Shown in pieces: positions 27,990-39,961 of a stretch of 64,000 bases of DNA. The DNA comes from Mobula hypostoma (Eukaryota). Under the pieces are notes generated by a model that was not told the origin of the DNA, ran no database searches, and worked only from the letters and a program-made list of their open reading frames with translations. Position numbers and translations under genes: made by a program. The DNA is taken from assembly GCF_963921235.1 (NCBI RefSeq), contig NC_086109.1, forward strand, positions 6,450,001 through 6,514,000, read 5' to 3'. Numbering within the stretch: position 1 is the first letter of the stretch; each line of letters starts with the position of its first letter.

Positions 27990-30900
27990 TGTTGTTGGAC
28001 TCTTGTACCACTGTGTAGAGTGTGTTACAGTGTTGTTGGACTGTTGTACCACTGTGGAGACTGTGTTAGTGCTGGACTGTTGTACCATTGTGGAGACTGT
28101 GTTGCAGTGTTGTTGGACTGTACCATTCTGGAAACTGTTGTACCAATGTGGAAAGTGTGTTACAGTGTTACTGACATGTTATACCACTAAGGATAGTGTT
28201 ACAGTGTTGTTCAACTGTTGTCATACCACTGTAGAGACTGTGTTGGTGTTGTTGGACTGTTGTACCATTGTGGAGACTGTGTTACAGTGTTGAACTGTTG
28301 TTCTACCACTGTGGAGAGTGTGTTACAATGTTGAACTGTTGTACCACCGTGGAGAGTGTGTTACAGTCTTGCTAACCTGTTATACCACTATGGAGAGTGT
28401 GTTACAATGTTCTTGAACTGTTGTACCACTGTGGAGAGGGTGTTAGTGTTGCTGACATGTTATACCACTGAGGAGAGTGTTACAGTGTTGTTGACCTGTT
28501 GTTGTACCACTGTAGAGACTGCATTATGATGTTGTTGGGCTGTTGTACCACTGTGGAGAGCGTGTTACAGTGTCGTGTTGAACCACTGTGGAGAGTGTGT
28601 TACAGTGTTGTTGACCTGTTGTACCACTGTGGAGAGCGTGTCAGTGTTGTTGAACTACTGTGGAGAGTGTGTTACAGGGTTGTTGAACCACTGTAGCAAC
28701 TGCGTTACAGTGTTGTTGAACCACTGTAGAGACTGCGTTACGGTGTTGTGTGAACCACTGTGGAGAGTGTGTTACAGGGTTGTTGAACCACTGTGGAGAG
28801 TGTGTTAGAGTGTTGTGTGAACCACTGTGGAGAGTGCGTTACGGTGTTGTGTGAACCACTGTGGAGACTGCGTTACGGTGTTGCTGAACCACTGTGGAGA
28901 CTGCGTTACGGTGTTGTGTGAACCACTGTGGAGACTGCGTTACGGTGTTGTTGAACCACTGTGGAGACTGCGTTACGGTGTTGTGTGAACCACTGTGGAG
29001 AGTGCGTTACGGTGTTGTGTGAACCACTGTGGAGAGTGCGTTACAGTGTTGTTGAACCACTGTGGAGAGTGCGTTACGGTGTTGTGTGAACCACTGTGGA
29101 GAGTGCGTTATGGTGTTGTTGAACCACTGTGGAGACTGCGTTACGGTGTTGTGTGAACCACTGTGGAGACTGCGTTACGGTGTTGTTGAACCACTGTGGA
29201 GAGTGCGTTATGGTGTTGTGTGAACCACTGTGGAGACTGCGTTACGGTGTTGTGTGAACCACTGTGGAGAGTGCGTTATGGTGTTGTTGAACCACTGTGG
29301 AGACTGCGTTACGGTGTTGTTGAACCACTGTGGAGAGTGTGTTACGGTGTTGTGTGAACCGTGGAGACTGCGTTACGGTGTTGTTGCACCACTGTGGAGA
29401 CTGCGTTACGGTGTTGTTGCACCACTGTGGAGACTGCGTTACGGTGTTGTTGAACCACTGTGGAGACTGCGTTACGGTGTTGTTGCACCACTGTGGAGAC
29501 TGCGTTATGGTGTTGTGTGAGCCACTGTGGAGACTGCGTTACGGTGTTGTTGAACCACTGTGGAGACTGCGTTACGGTGTTGTGTGAATCACTGTGGAGA
29601 CTGCGTTACGGTGTTGTGTGAACCACTGTGGAGAGTGTGTTACAGGGTTGTTGAACCACTGTGGAGAGTGCGTTAGAGTGTTGTGTGAACCATTGTGGAG
29701 ACTGCGTTACGGTGTTGTTGAACCACCGTGGAGACTGCGTTACGGTGTTGTGTGAACCACTGTGGAGACTGCGTTACGGTGTTGTTGAACCACTGTGGAG
29801 AGTGCGTTATGGTGTTGTGTGAATCACTGTGGAGAGTGCGTTACGGTGTTGTTGAACCACTGTGGAGACTGCGTTACGGTGTTGTGTGAACCACTGTGGA
29901 GACTGCGTTACGGTGTTGTTGAACCACTGTGGATACTGCGTTACGGTGTTGTGTGAACCACTGTGGAGAGTGCGTTACGGTGTTGTTGAACCACTGTGGA
30001 GACTGCGTTACGGTGTTGTGTGAACCACTGTGGAGACTGCGTTACGGTGTTGTTGAACCACTGTGGAGACTGCGTTATGGTGTTGTGTGAACCACTGTGG
30101 AGACTGCGTTACGGGGTTGTTGAACCACTGTGGAGACTGCGTTACGGTGTTGTGTGAACCACTGTGGAGACTGCGTTACGGTGTTGTTGAACCACTGTGG
30201 AGAGTGCGTTACGGTGTTGTTGAACCACTGTGGAGACTGCGTTACGGTGTTGTGTGAACCACTGTGGAGAGTGCGTTACGGTGTTGTTGAACCACTGTGG
30301 AGACTGTGTTACGGTGTTGTGTGAACCACTGTGGAGACTGCGTTACGGTGTTGTTGAACCACTGTGGATACTGCGTTACGGTGTTGTGTGAACCACTGTG
30401 GAGACTGCGTTACTGTGTTGTTGAACCACTGTGGAGACTGCGTTACGGGGTTGTTGAACCACTGTGGAGAGTGCGTTACGGGGTTGTTGAACCACTGTGG
30501 AGACTGCGTTACGGTGTTGTGTGAACCACTGTGGAGACTGCGTTACGGTGTTGTTGAACCACTGTGGAGAGTGCGTTACGGTGTTGTTGAACCACTGTGG
30601 AGACTGCGTTACGGTGTTGTGTGAACCACTGTGGAGACTGCGTTACAGTGTTGTGTGAACCACTATGGAGAGTGCGTTACGGTGTTGTTGAACCACTGTG
30701 GAGAGTGCATTACGGTGTTGTGTGAACCACTGTGGAGAGTGGGTTACGGTGTTGTTGAATCACTGTGGAGAGTGCGTTACGGTGTTGTTGAACCGCTGTG
30801 GAGACTGCGTTACGGTGTTGTTGAAGCACTGTGGAGACTGCGTTACGGTGTTGTTGAACCACTGTGGAGAGTGCATTACGGTGTTGTGTGAACCGCTGTG

Positions 30901-33247
30901 GAGACTGCGTTACGGTGTTGCTGAAGTACTGTGGAGACTCCGTTACGGTGTTGTTGAAGCACTGTGGAGACTGCGTTACGGTGTTGTGTGAACCCCTGTG
31001 GAGACTGTGTTACGGTGTTGTGTGAGCCGCTGTGGAGACGGCGTTACGGTGTTGTTGAACCACTGTGGAGACTGCGTTACGGTGTTGTGTGAACCACTGT
31101 GGAGACTGCGTTACGGTGTTGTTGAAGCACTGTGGAGACTGCGTTACGGTGTTGTTGAAGCACTGTGGAGTCTGTGTTACGGTGTTGTGTGAACCACTGT
31201 GGAGAGTGCGTTACGGTGTTGTTGAAGCGCTGTGGAGACTGCGTTACGGTGTTGCTGAACCGCTGTGGAGAGTGCGTTACGGTGTTGTTGAACCGCTGTG
31301 GAGAGTGCGTTACAGTGTTGTTGAAGCACTGTGGAGACTGCGTTACGGTGTTGTTGAACCGCTGTGGAGACTCCGTTACGGTGTTGTTGAAGCACTGTGG
31401 AGACCGCGTTACGGTGTTGTGTGAACCACTGTGGAGACCGCGTTACAGTGTTGTTGAACCGCTGTGGAGACTGCGTTACGGTGTTGTGTGAACCGCTGTG
31501 GAGACTGCGTTACGGTGTTGTTGAACCGCTGTGGAGAGTGGGTTACGGTGTTGTTGAACCGCTGTGGAGACTGCGTTACGGTGTTGCTGAAGCACTGTGG
31601 AGACTGCGTTACGGTGTTGTTGAACCACTGTGGAGACTGCGTTACGGTGTTGCTGAACCGCTGTGGAGACTGCGTTACGGTGTTGTTGAAGCACTGTGGA
31701 GACTGCGTTACGGTGTTGTTGAACCGCTGTGGAGACTGCGTTACGGTGTTGTTGAAGCACTGTGGAGACTGCGTTACGGTGTTGTTGAACCGCTGTGGAG
31801 ATTGCATTACGGTGTTGTTGAACCGCTGTGGAGAGTGCGTTACGGTGTTGTTGAAGCACTGTGGAGACTGCGTTACGGTGTTGTTGAACCGCTGTGGAGA
31901 CTCCGTTAAGGTGTTGTTGAAGCACTGTGGAGACCGCGTTACGGTGTTGTGTGAACCGCTGTGGAGACTCCGTTACGGTGTTGTTGAACCGCTGTGGAGA
32001 CTGCGTTACGGTGTTGTGTGAACCGCTGTGGAGACTGCGTTACGGTGTTGTTGAACCGCTGTGGAGAGTGGGTTACGGTGTTGTTGAACCGCTGTGGAGA
32101 GTGCGTTACGGTGTTGCTGAAGCACTGTGGAGACTGCGTTACGGTGTTGTTGAACCGCTGTGGAGACTGCGTTACGGTGTTGCTGAACCGCTGTGGAGAC
32201 TGCGTTACGGTGTTGTTGAAGCACTGTGGAGACTGCGTTACGGTGTTGTTGAACCGCTGTGGAGACTGCGTTACGGTGTTGTTGAAGCACTGTGGAGACT
32301 GCGTTACGGTGTTGTTGAACCGCTGTGGAGACTGCGTTACGGTGTTGCTGAAGCGCTGTGGAGACTGCGTTACGGTGTTGTGTGAACCACTGTGGAGACT
32401 GCGTTACGGTGTTGTTGAACCACTGTGGAGACTGCGTTACGGTGTTGTTGAACCACTGTGGAGAGTGCATTACGGTGTTGTGTGAACCGCTGTGGAGACT
32501 GCGTTACGGTGTTGCTGAAGCGCTGTGGAGACTGTGTTACGGTGTTGCTGAACCGCTGTGGAGACTGCGTTACGGCATTGTTGAACCGCTGTGGAGACTG
32601 CGTTACGGTGTTGCTGAAGCACTGTGGAGAGTGCGTTACGGTGTTGTTGAAGCACTGTGGAGACTCCGTTACGGTGTTGTTGAAGCACTGTGGAGAGTGC
32701 GTTACGGTGTTGTTGAAGCACTGTGGAGACTCCGTTACGGTGTTGTTGAAGCACTGTGGAGAGTGCGTTACGGTGTTGTTGAAGCACTGTGGAGACTCCG
32801 TTACGGTGTTGTTGAAGCACTGTGGAGAGTGCGTTACGGTGTTGTTGAAGCACTGTGGAGACTCCGTTACGGTGTTGTTGAAGCACTGTGGAGAGTGCGT
32901 TACGGTGTTGTGTGAACCACTGTGGAGAGCGCGTTACGGTGTTGTTGAAGCACTGTGGAGACTGCGTTACGGTGTTGTTGAAGCACTGTGGAGACTCCGT
33001 TACGGTGTTGTTGAAGCACTGTGGAGAGTGCGTTACGGTGTTGTTGAAGCACTGTGGAGAGTGCGTTACGGTGTTGTTGAAGCACTGTGGAGACTGTGTT
33101 ACGGTGTTGTTGAAGCACTGTGGAGAGTGCGTTACGGTGTTGTTGAAGCACTGTGGAGACTGTGTTACGGTGTTGTTGAAGCACTGTGGAGAGTGCGTTA
33201 CGGTGTTGTTGAAGCACTGTGGAGACTGTGTTACGGTGTTGTTGAAC
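27990..33247. repeat. Minisatellite, 33/34-bp unit, ~5.2 kb (roughly 150 units)
   Basis: Consensus GAACCACTGTGGAGACTGCGTTACGGTGTTGTT (33 bp) and a 34-bp variant ending GTGTTGTGT. Homogeneous from ~28800 to 33247, degenerate to the left. Left boundary approximate. Confidence 0.97.
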
Positions 33248-33259
33248 TCCTGTTGCATC

Positions 33260-33960
33260 ACTGTGAGAGCTGCGTCATTGCATTCTTGTGGTACCCCGAA
33301 CTGCAGACGCCGAACAGGAGGCGGGCCTAGTTATGTCACGCGATCGGATTGATGTGGGATCCGCCAGTCACCGGCGGCGTTGTGGGCATGGGGTCAGCCC
33401 ATTGGACAACACCTTGGGCGAGGCGGAGACGAAGCTTTAAAGCGGCCGTGATGCCGGCTTGGCGCTGACGGTGCTGCGTGAGGTGAACATGTCCGAGGCG
33501 GCGGGGCTGCTCCGGCTGCTGCTGTTGGCGGCGGTCGCCGCCGCGACTCCCGCCCTGGTCTCCGCTTCACGACTGCCCCGCGGTAGCGTCAGCGAAGCCG
33601 AAGGGGTCTCCTGTCAGCAGAGCCGGGCTTTCCAGGACAACCTGACCGAACACACGCACGAGGTGAACGGGGGGGTCCCGGGGGTCCGCCATCCGCCAAG
33701 GGTGGAGATTAGGGAGATCGGGGGTGGGAGTCGGAGCGGAGGTCCCGGGGACGGCGATCTTGGTAGAGTGATACCTGGGGGTCCAGGCGATAAGGCTGGG
33801 GGACGGGGGACGGGGGACGGGGAATGGGGAGGTCCAGCTGGTGATCCGGACGTGGTCTTGAAAGGAGGTTATTCGGGGCAGTACGGCCTGGGGGACAGGC
33901 GAGTCCAGCCGTGGCTCCGGTTGGAGGATCGTTGCGGAGCCTCGGTGTCTGCAGTCGCAC
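33260..33960 (+). promoter_or_regulatory. CpG island / SORT1 promoter and first exon region
   Basis: Abrupt GC- and CpG-rich segment. Contains GC-box-like GGCGGG/GGCGGA, an inverted CCAAT (ATTGG, 33401-33405) and a TATA-like TTTAAA (33436-33441) upstream of the ATG at 33489. Confidence 0.75.
33489..33662 (+). CDS. SORT1: Sortilin (VPS10-domain receptor), exon 1
   Basis: ATG in good context (aacATG). Encodes MSEAAGLLRLLLLAAVAAATPALVSASRLPRGSVSEAEGVSCQQSRAFQDNLTEHTHE then |gtgaac. A hydrophobic signal peptide precedes C...F...L...TH, which aligns to human ECGRVRDFVAKLANNTHQ as recalled. Phase 0 matches exon 2. Confidence 0.88.
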
Positions 33961-36900
33961 TTAGCGTTATATATGATGCATCGACTGTGACATTTCACCT
34001 GATGTTGAAGGGTGAGGCATTCGTTCCACAAGGTGCTGGCACTTGGCAAACCGGGGTTTTGTTGCGATGTTTCCCTGGGCGATCGTCCGCAGGTCTCATA
34101 CTGTCCATCTGTTTGCCAGGCCGAAGAGCGGCCTCGATGGGCCGAATTGCCTAATTCAGCTCCAATGTTTTATGGTCACATGGTCTCCACCTCCGGTTCC
34201 TGTAAGAATTCCCTTCTCTCCCCCCGACTCTATCAGATAAACACATTTTACATACCAGAGCTTCAGTCATCTCTGGTTAAGCCTTCACTTAGTTGACATC
34301 TGAATTGAATTATTGTGTTTTCTGCTCTTGCCCTCTCCTCCCACTCAGTGAAAAGATAGGGTTCATTTTGTTCTTGCATTGCACCCCACCGTTTACAGAT
34401 CTCCCTCCATAATCATCTTGCCAGCACCAGGAAATTCTCACTTGCTCTCTTCCAACGTCTAAAGGGACCATTCCCCCCTGACTCTAGTCTATCTCCATCG
34501 ATGTCAACTCACAGCACTGCCCAATCGAAATACAAGGAAGGCAGCACCTGTTTCCTTTCTGTCGCCACGAGGACCCAACCAGCTTATCCAGGCAAAGCAG
34601 TTCTTCTAATATAGTGTGTTAAATTCAGTGCTCAGGATGAGGCCCCATCTGCATCAGAGAAATCAAATGTGTGACTATTCTGTTCAGTCTGCAGGAGTGA
34701 TTGAGAAGGTACAGGGGTCTTGGGTCACACACCACCAGGTTCAGGAACAGTTATTATACCTCAACCAACAGGCTTCTGAACCAGCACTTACCTCAACACT
34801 GAACTGATACCACAACCTACGGACTCACTTTTAAGGACTCCACAACTCATGTTCTCCATGTTATTTACTTTTACTATTTCTATATTTTTTGAATTTGCAG
34901 CTTGCTGTCCCTTGCACATTGGTCATTTGTCAGTTTTTTGTGTGTAGTCTTTCAATGATTCCTATTTCTTTGTTCTACTGTAAATGCTTGCAAGAAAATG
35001 AACGTCAGGGTAGTAGTATATGGTGATGTATGCATACTTTGATAATAAATTTACTTTGAAGTTGGTGGCCACTTTGACTCTCCATCCCTGTGTTTATGAC
35101 TTCTTGTGCCAATCCAGTGAAGCTGAACACAAGCCTGGGCCAGTGATCCATCTCCTGTTGAAGTACGTCACACCCTACAGGAACTTCAGATTCAAAGATT
35201 AAAAGGTTCAAAGTACTTTTATTATCAAATTACTGTATGTATGCAGAATACGACTTTTGAGTTTCGTCCTCCCACAGGCAGGTACGAAATAGAAACATGT
35301 TGGAATTTGTTCAAGAAAACAATAAAATACCCACCGCGCGATAAAAGAACAAATTGCGCAAGCGGCAAAAAGCAGGCGAATAACACATAGAATATAAAAC
35401 ATCGAACCAGGAGTCCAGCAGTATTCAGTTTAGTTTAGTTCAGCGCTGTGCAGCTAGCCCACTGTGGGCTGCACGCAGAGCCATTCTTCACTGAAGCACC
35501 CCAGTCCGTTTTGATTGCCCTCATCAGACCGCTCAAAAACAGCAAAAAGAGTAACCAAAATCCAGAAGTCCATCCACCATGAACCTCAAGGGAGGGAGGG
35601 AAGGAACGTCGACTCAGACCATGAGATGCCTGCGTCAGGCATTTTCATGCCTTATAAGGCGCAGATTGGAAGTCTGTGTGGGGCGCCACTCCTCGCACAG
35701 ACTAGAGTAATGTGTGGTTAAGTGCCTTGTTCAAGGACACAAACACGCTGCTACAGCTGAGACTCGAACTAGCGACCTTCAGCCCACTTGGCCATGTGCC
35801 CAATGTGAACCTCAAAGTCCCCCAAAATGACTCCACAGCCTCGCTGATCAATCCTTCCAGCATTGACCCCAAGGCTCCTGCACGTTCCACCGACAGCAGC
35901 TAGGAGAGGAAGAGGAAGACCGGTCAAACACAGGCAGAGTGGACCAAAAAACCTCAGCTCTCATCCTCGTCGACTTCAACCTTGCTCAACACCTCAGTGG
36001 AAGAGAAGCAGTGGAGTTGATCATGGTGTCCAGGCCTCCAGGCTGCACACTCTGCTCCAAACCTCACCAAACTCCCTTAGAGACAGCAAAGCATCAGATC
36101 GCTCAATTGGCCTGAAAACACACCATCGAAACAGCTCACACATTCCAATCGCACCCAGCTCAGTAGCGGAATCATATTTGAAATAAGTAGTTTCGTAACG
36201 TCACCGTTGGTTGCGCTGTTGGCTGGCACCATCTTGTTCAGGTAACCAACTTGTTCAGTTTTGTTGGAACTGACCAGTTCTGATGAAACTTCACCAACCT
36301 GTTACACAAGGGTTGGCTGTCTCTCTCCAGGTGTTGTCTGACCTGCTAGGTAGTTCAGAGAGATTATTTTCAGATGTCTAGCTAAAGCAGTGAAGTATGT
36401 CTCAAAGTTCCAGCAGTGACTTTGCCCTCTGCTCCGTTCTGTCAGCTCCTCCACCACCCCCGTTTACATCTCCAGACAGATGTGTCCAGGATCGTGAGCA
36501 ACACAGTGGCTGAATGTCATCCTAGATAGGGTTGGGAATGTTTGTCTCAGTCCCTTTTATTGTCTCCATTTTGTTGTAGAATTGTAAATTTGCAATATAC
36601 ATATTTTTATAACAAAAAAGACAGCTAAACTGTGATTAATAAGCTGTGGTTGGCATGGTGTTATTACAGCTTTGGGCGTCGGAGTTCGCAGTTCAATCCT
36701 GGCGTCCTCTGTAAGGAGACTCTGTATATTCACCCCATGGAATGCATGGGTTTTCTCCAGGTTCTCTGGTTTTCTGCCACAGTCCAAAGACATACTGGGT
36801 AGGTTAATTGGTAAACAACCAATGTGCAAGACAAACTGCAAAAAAAAACTCAGAGCACGAGTCCCTGAAAGTGAGTCTGTAGTTGATGGAATCAGTTCAG

Positions 36901-39697
36901 TATTGAGGTGAGTGAAGTTATCCATGCTGGTTCAGGAGCCTGATGGTTGAACGATAATAACTATTCTTGAACCTGGTGACCTGCGAGGCTTCATCCTACC
37001 CTGATGCTGTCTTGTGATATGAAACTCTTTGGAAGTGTAGTGGCAGGTGCTTAACCTTACATATTCTGTCTGTGTGACTAAACATCTGGTCGTTATCACA
37101 TTTTTGGGCTGCTGGCTGTATGTAAATTGCTTGTCTTATTTCAGACATTGCGCTAGTAACTGCACTTTTTTAAAAAAACTGTGTTTACTGAAAAATGTTT
37201 CTGCTCTGTCAGGAATTATTTTTAAAAATTGGCATTGATTAACATTTGTGAAGTGATTTATAATGTCCTGAGGTTTAAAAAATGTTCTAAAATTAATTCC
37301 ATTCCTGAATTTCAGGAACTTTGAAGTTCAGCTTTGCTCTCTCATTGCATCTGCTTTCTTTTGCTTGTCTTCTGGTTCCTTATCTTCTCAGTATCAGTTT
37401 GAAATATAACTGATTTGACGCAAATTATAGCATAAACAGAAGAAAGTCTGCAGATGCTGGAATTGTAAGCAACGCACAGAAAATGCTGGACGAACTCAGC
37501 AGGTCAAGCAGCATCTATAGAAAGCAATAAATAGTCAACATTTCAGGCTGAGACCTAAAGAAGTCCTGCAGAAAGTTCTCGGTCTGAAACATTGACTGTT
37601 TATTCCTTTCCATTGATGCTGCCTGTTGATCATTTCCACTTTCTGCATATTTAAGTCCACCTTACCTGTCAACAAAAATGGAGTACATACACAAGTAATG
37701 TCATTTAATCTTTAGAATACCCTTAACTTTTTTAAGACACAAAGTTGCATCAGAATTTTTAAAAGTAAAAGGTTTTTAATGAGTTTGTTTATCACTCCTG
37801 TAATGCCATAAATACAGTTAAACTACTTTGTGAGCATCAGGGTTTGTGAACATACTGAGTAAAGAGTATTTTCATCCAACGCAATTCATGTTCTTAAAAA
37901 TATCCTCCTAATCAATATAATTTCATAAATACCATGGGTGTAGAAGATTCTGATTTTAATTGGTATGAAACTAGATGCTTTGATTTTAAGTAAGCATTTT
38001 GAATTTTCAGAAGCTACTGTTATTGGAAATGTGCTGTCAAATTTGGTAACAGTGAAGATCATGAGATGTGTTCGTCAGATTATAACGGCGTGTGTACTAA
38101 AATCCTCACTTGCTATATAAACCAGTTTATACTGCTCAACACGTGGTTGCATGCTGTGGTCACTAAGTAACGTAGGGGGTAGAATCTGTTCTCTTTTTGA
38201 GGCTTGTGTATTTGTAGTGACAGGCATGTCAGAACAATTCATATTCAGAATCCTAAGTATTTTGTGATTTGATTATTTTAATTTATTTTTGAAACAAGTG
38301 CTGTAGTTTCAAAAGCAGTCACAATTTATGAATTGCAGTTGTGAAAATGTGCAAGTTTTTAAAGTAGGTGTTATCTGCGTTCTTTAAAGTGTATGTGAGA
38401 CTTGCAATTTTCAGTGTTTCTGCTGGTCCTTGTTCAGAACTTCCTTAAGTTTATGTACAAGCCAAATTGCAACTTCAAGATTCTAATTTTATTTCAGACA
38501 TTTCATATGAGGATAGGTTGAGTGAGCTAGGGCTTTTCTCTTTGGAACAAAGGAGGCTGAAAGCTGAATTGGTATAAATTGAGTGGAGAATCAGAGATTT
38601 TCTCCCAGGACGGAAATGGCTAATACGAGGGGGCATAATTTTAAGGTGATTGGAGGAAAGTATAGGAGATAGTTTTTTTTATATACAGAGTGATAGGTAC
38701 ATAGAATGTGCTGCCAGGATTGGTGGTAGAGACAGATACCTTAGGCCATTTAAGAAACTTAGATGGGCATGTGTATGATAGAAAACTGCTTTACCATGTA
38801 CAAGGGAAGGGTTAGATTAATCTTGGAGCAGGTTGAAAGGGTGGCCCAATATTGTTGGCCAAAGTGCCTGTACTGTGCTGTTAAGTTGTATGTTTTGTTT
38901 CTGACTGGAGCGTCTCAGTTTGTGTAGAAGATTACTGTTTGTAACTTGGGCAGTATTTTTCTCTGTTGTGTTTATTTTTTCACTTGCATTGTTGATTTTT
39001 AATCCATTTCTACTGATTACATCAGTTACTTTTACTGGTGCATGGTACGAGTTTGCTTTTTGCCTTACTTTGTTGATACCTTGTTTTCCTTTATAAAAAA
39101 TCTGGTTCACTACAATTTTCCTCCTTGTCAAGCTTTATAAAATAATTACTGTGTAACTCACCTCTAATTGTTGGCTCATTCTGATTAGAATATAGCTCCG
39201 GTATTATTTTCTTTAGCATCTGCCACGGCAATTAAAAAAAAAATTAGGAGGCAGAATCTGTGGTTCCAACAGTTTAAAAGACAAATTTATCCAAATTTAT
39301 GGGTCAACGTTTTTGTGGTTGATTGTTCCCTGTGAAGGGAGTGAAGACTGGTTGCTTTAAAATTATACTCTGGGGGGAGAACTATTCCTTGAAATCCTAA
39401 ATTTAACTCCCTTTGTAGTGCAGTCTTATTTTGTTTCAATCCCACCTGTTCAGAAACTGGAATTGTTTTGGTGAACTTTTAATTTTAGTATATAGTGGGG
39501 GTGAAATCTTGGTAAAAATACCATCATCTGAGTTTTTGATAACTGGTATTTAAAATAAAATACTGCATTAGTAACACTTGAGCTTAAGTGACAATTCCAT
39601 GAGTGCCTTTTAGTTGTTGTTTAAAACATCTTCAAGCTTTGAACTAAGTGCATATTCAAGATCAAGTAATGGACCAAAACTTTACCTGGAATATTGT

Positions 39698-39961
39698 AAA
39701 CAACAGGAATTCTGCAAATGCTGGAAATTCAAGCAACACACTTCAAAGTTGCTGGTGAACGCAGCAGGCCAGGCAGCATCTCTAGGAAGAGGTGCAGTCG
39801 ACGTTTCAGGCCGAGACCCATCTTCAGGACTAACTGAAAGAAGAGAGTCACTCTTCCTTCAGTTAGTCCTGAAGAAGGGTCTCGGCCTGAAACGTCGACT
39901 GCACCTCTTCCTAGAGATGCTGCCTGGCCTGCTGCGTTCACCAGCAACTTTGATGTGTGTT
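39698..39961. mobile_element. Fold-back Penelope-derived element (near-perfect hairpin) inserted into a CR1 fragment
   Basis: Inverted arms of ~110 bp around a short loop near 39848. 13-bp TSD CCTGGAATATTGT at 39685-39697 and 39962-39974. Confidence 0.87.
39865..39900 (+). ncRNA. Minimal type I hammerhead ribozyme motif
   Basis: AGTC-CTGAAGA-A-GGG-TCTCGG-CCT-GAA-ACGT-C-GACT, on the sense strand of SORT1 intron 1. Confidence 0.75.

Noticed and set aside
27990..33247. CRISPR-like array
   Set aside because: Units are contiguous with no unique spacers, there are no cas genes, and the DNA is vertebrate.
28500..33352. Long Cys-rich and repetitive ORFs (CGDCVTVLLNH / LWRLRYGVVEP / QQHRNAVSTV repeats, up to 290 aa)
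   Set aside because: These are a by-product of a 33-bp (3n) unit lacking stops in several frames on both strands. The 34-bp units shift frame freely, and there is no credible start or splice structure.
33459..34154. 231-aa ORF as a single-exon gene
   Set aside because: Only 33489-33662 is SORT1 exon 1. The rest is read-through into a GC-rich intron.
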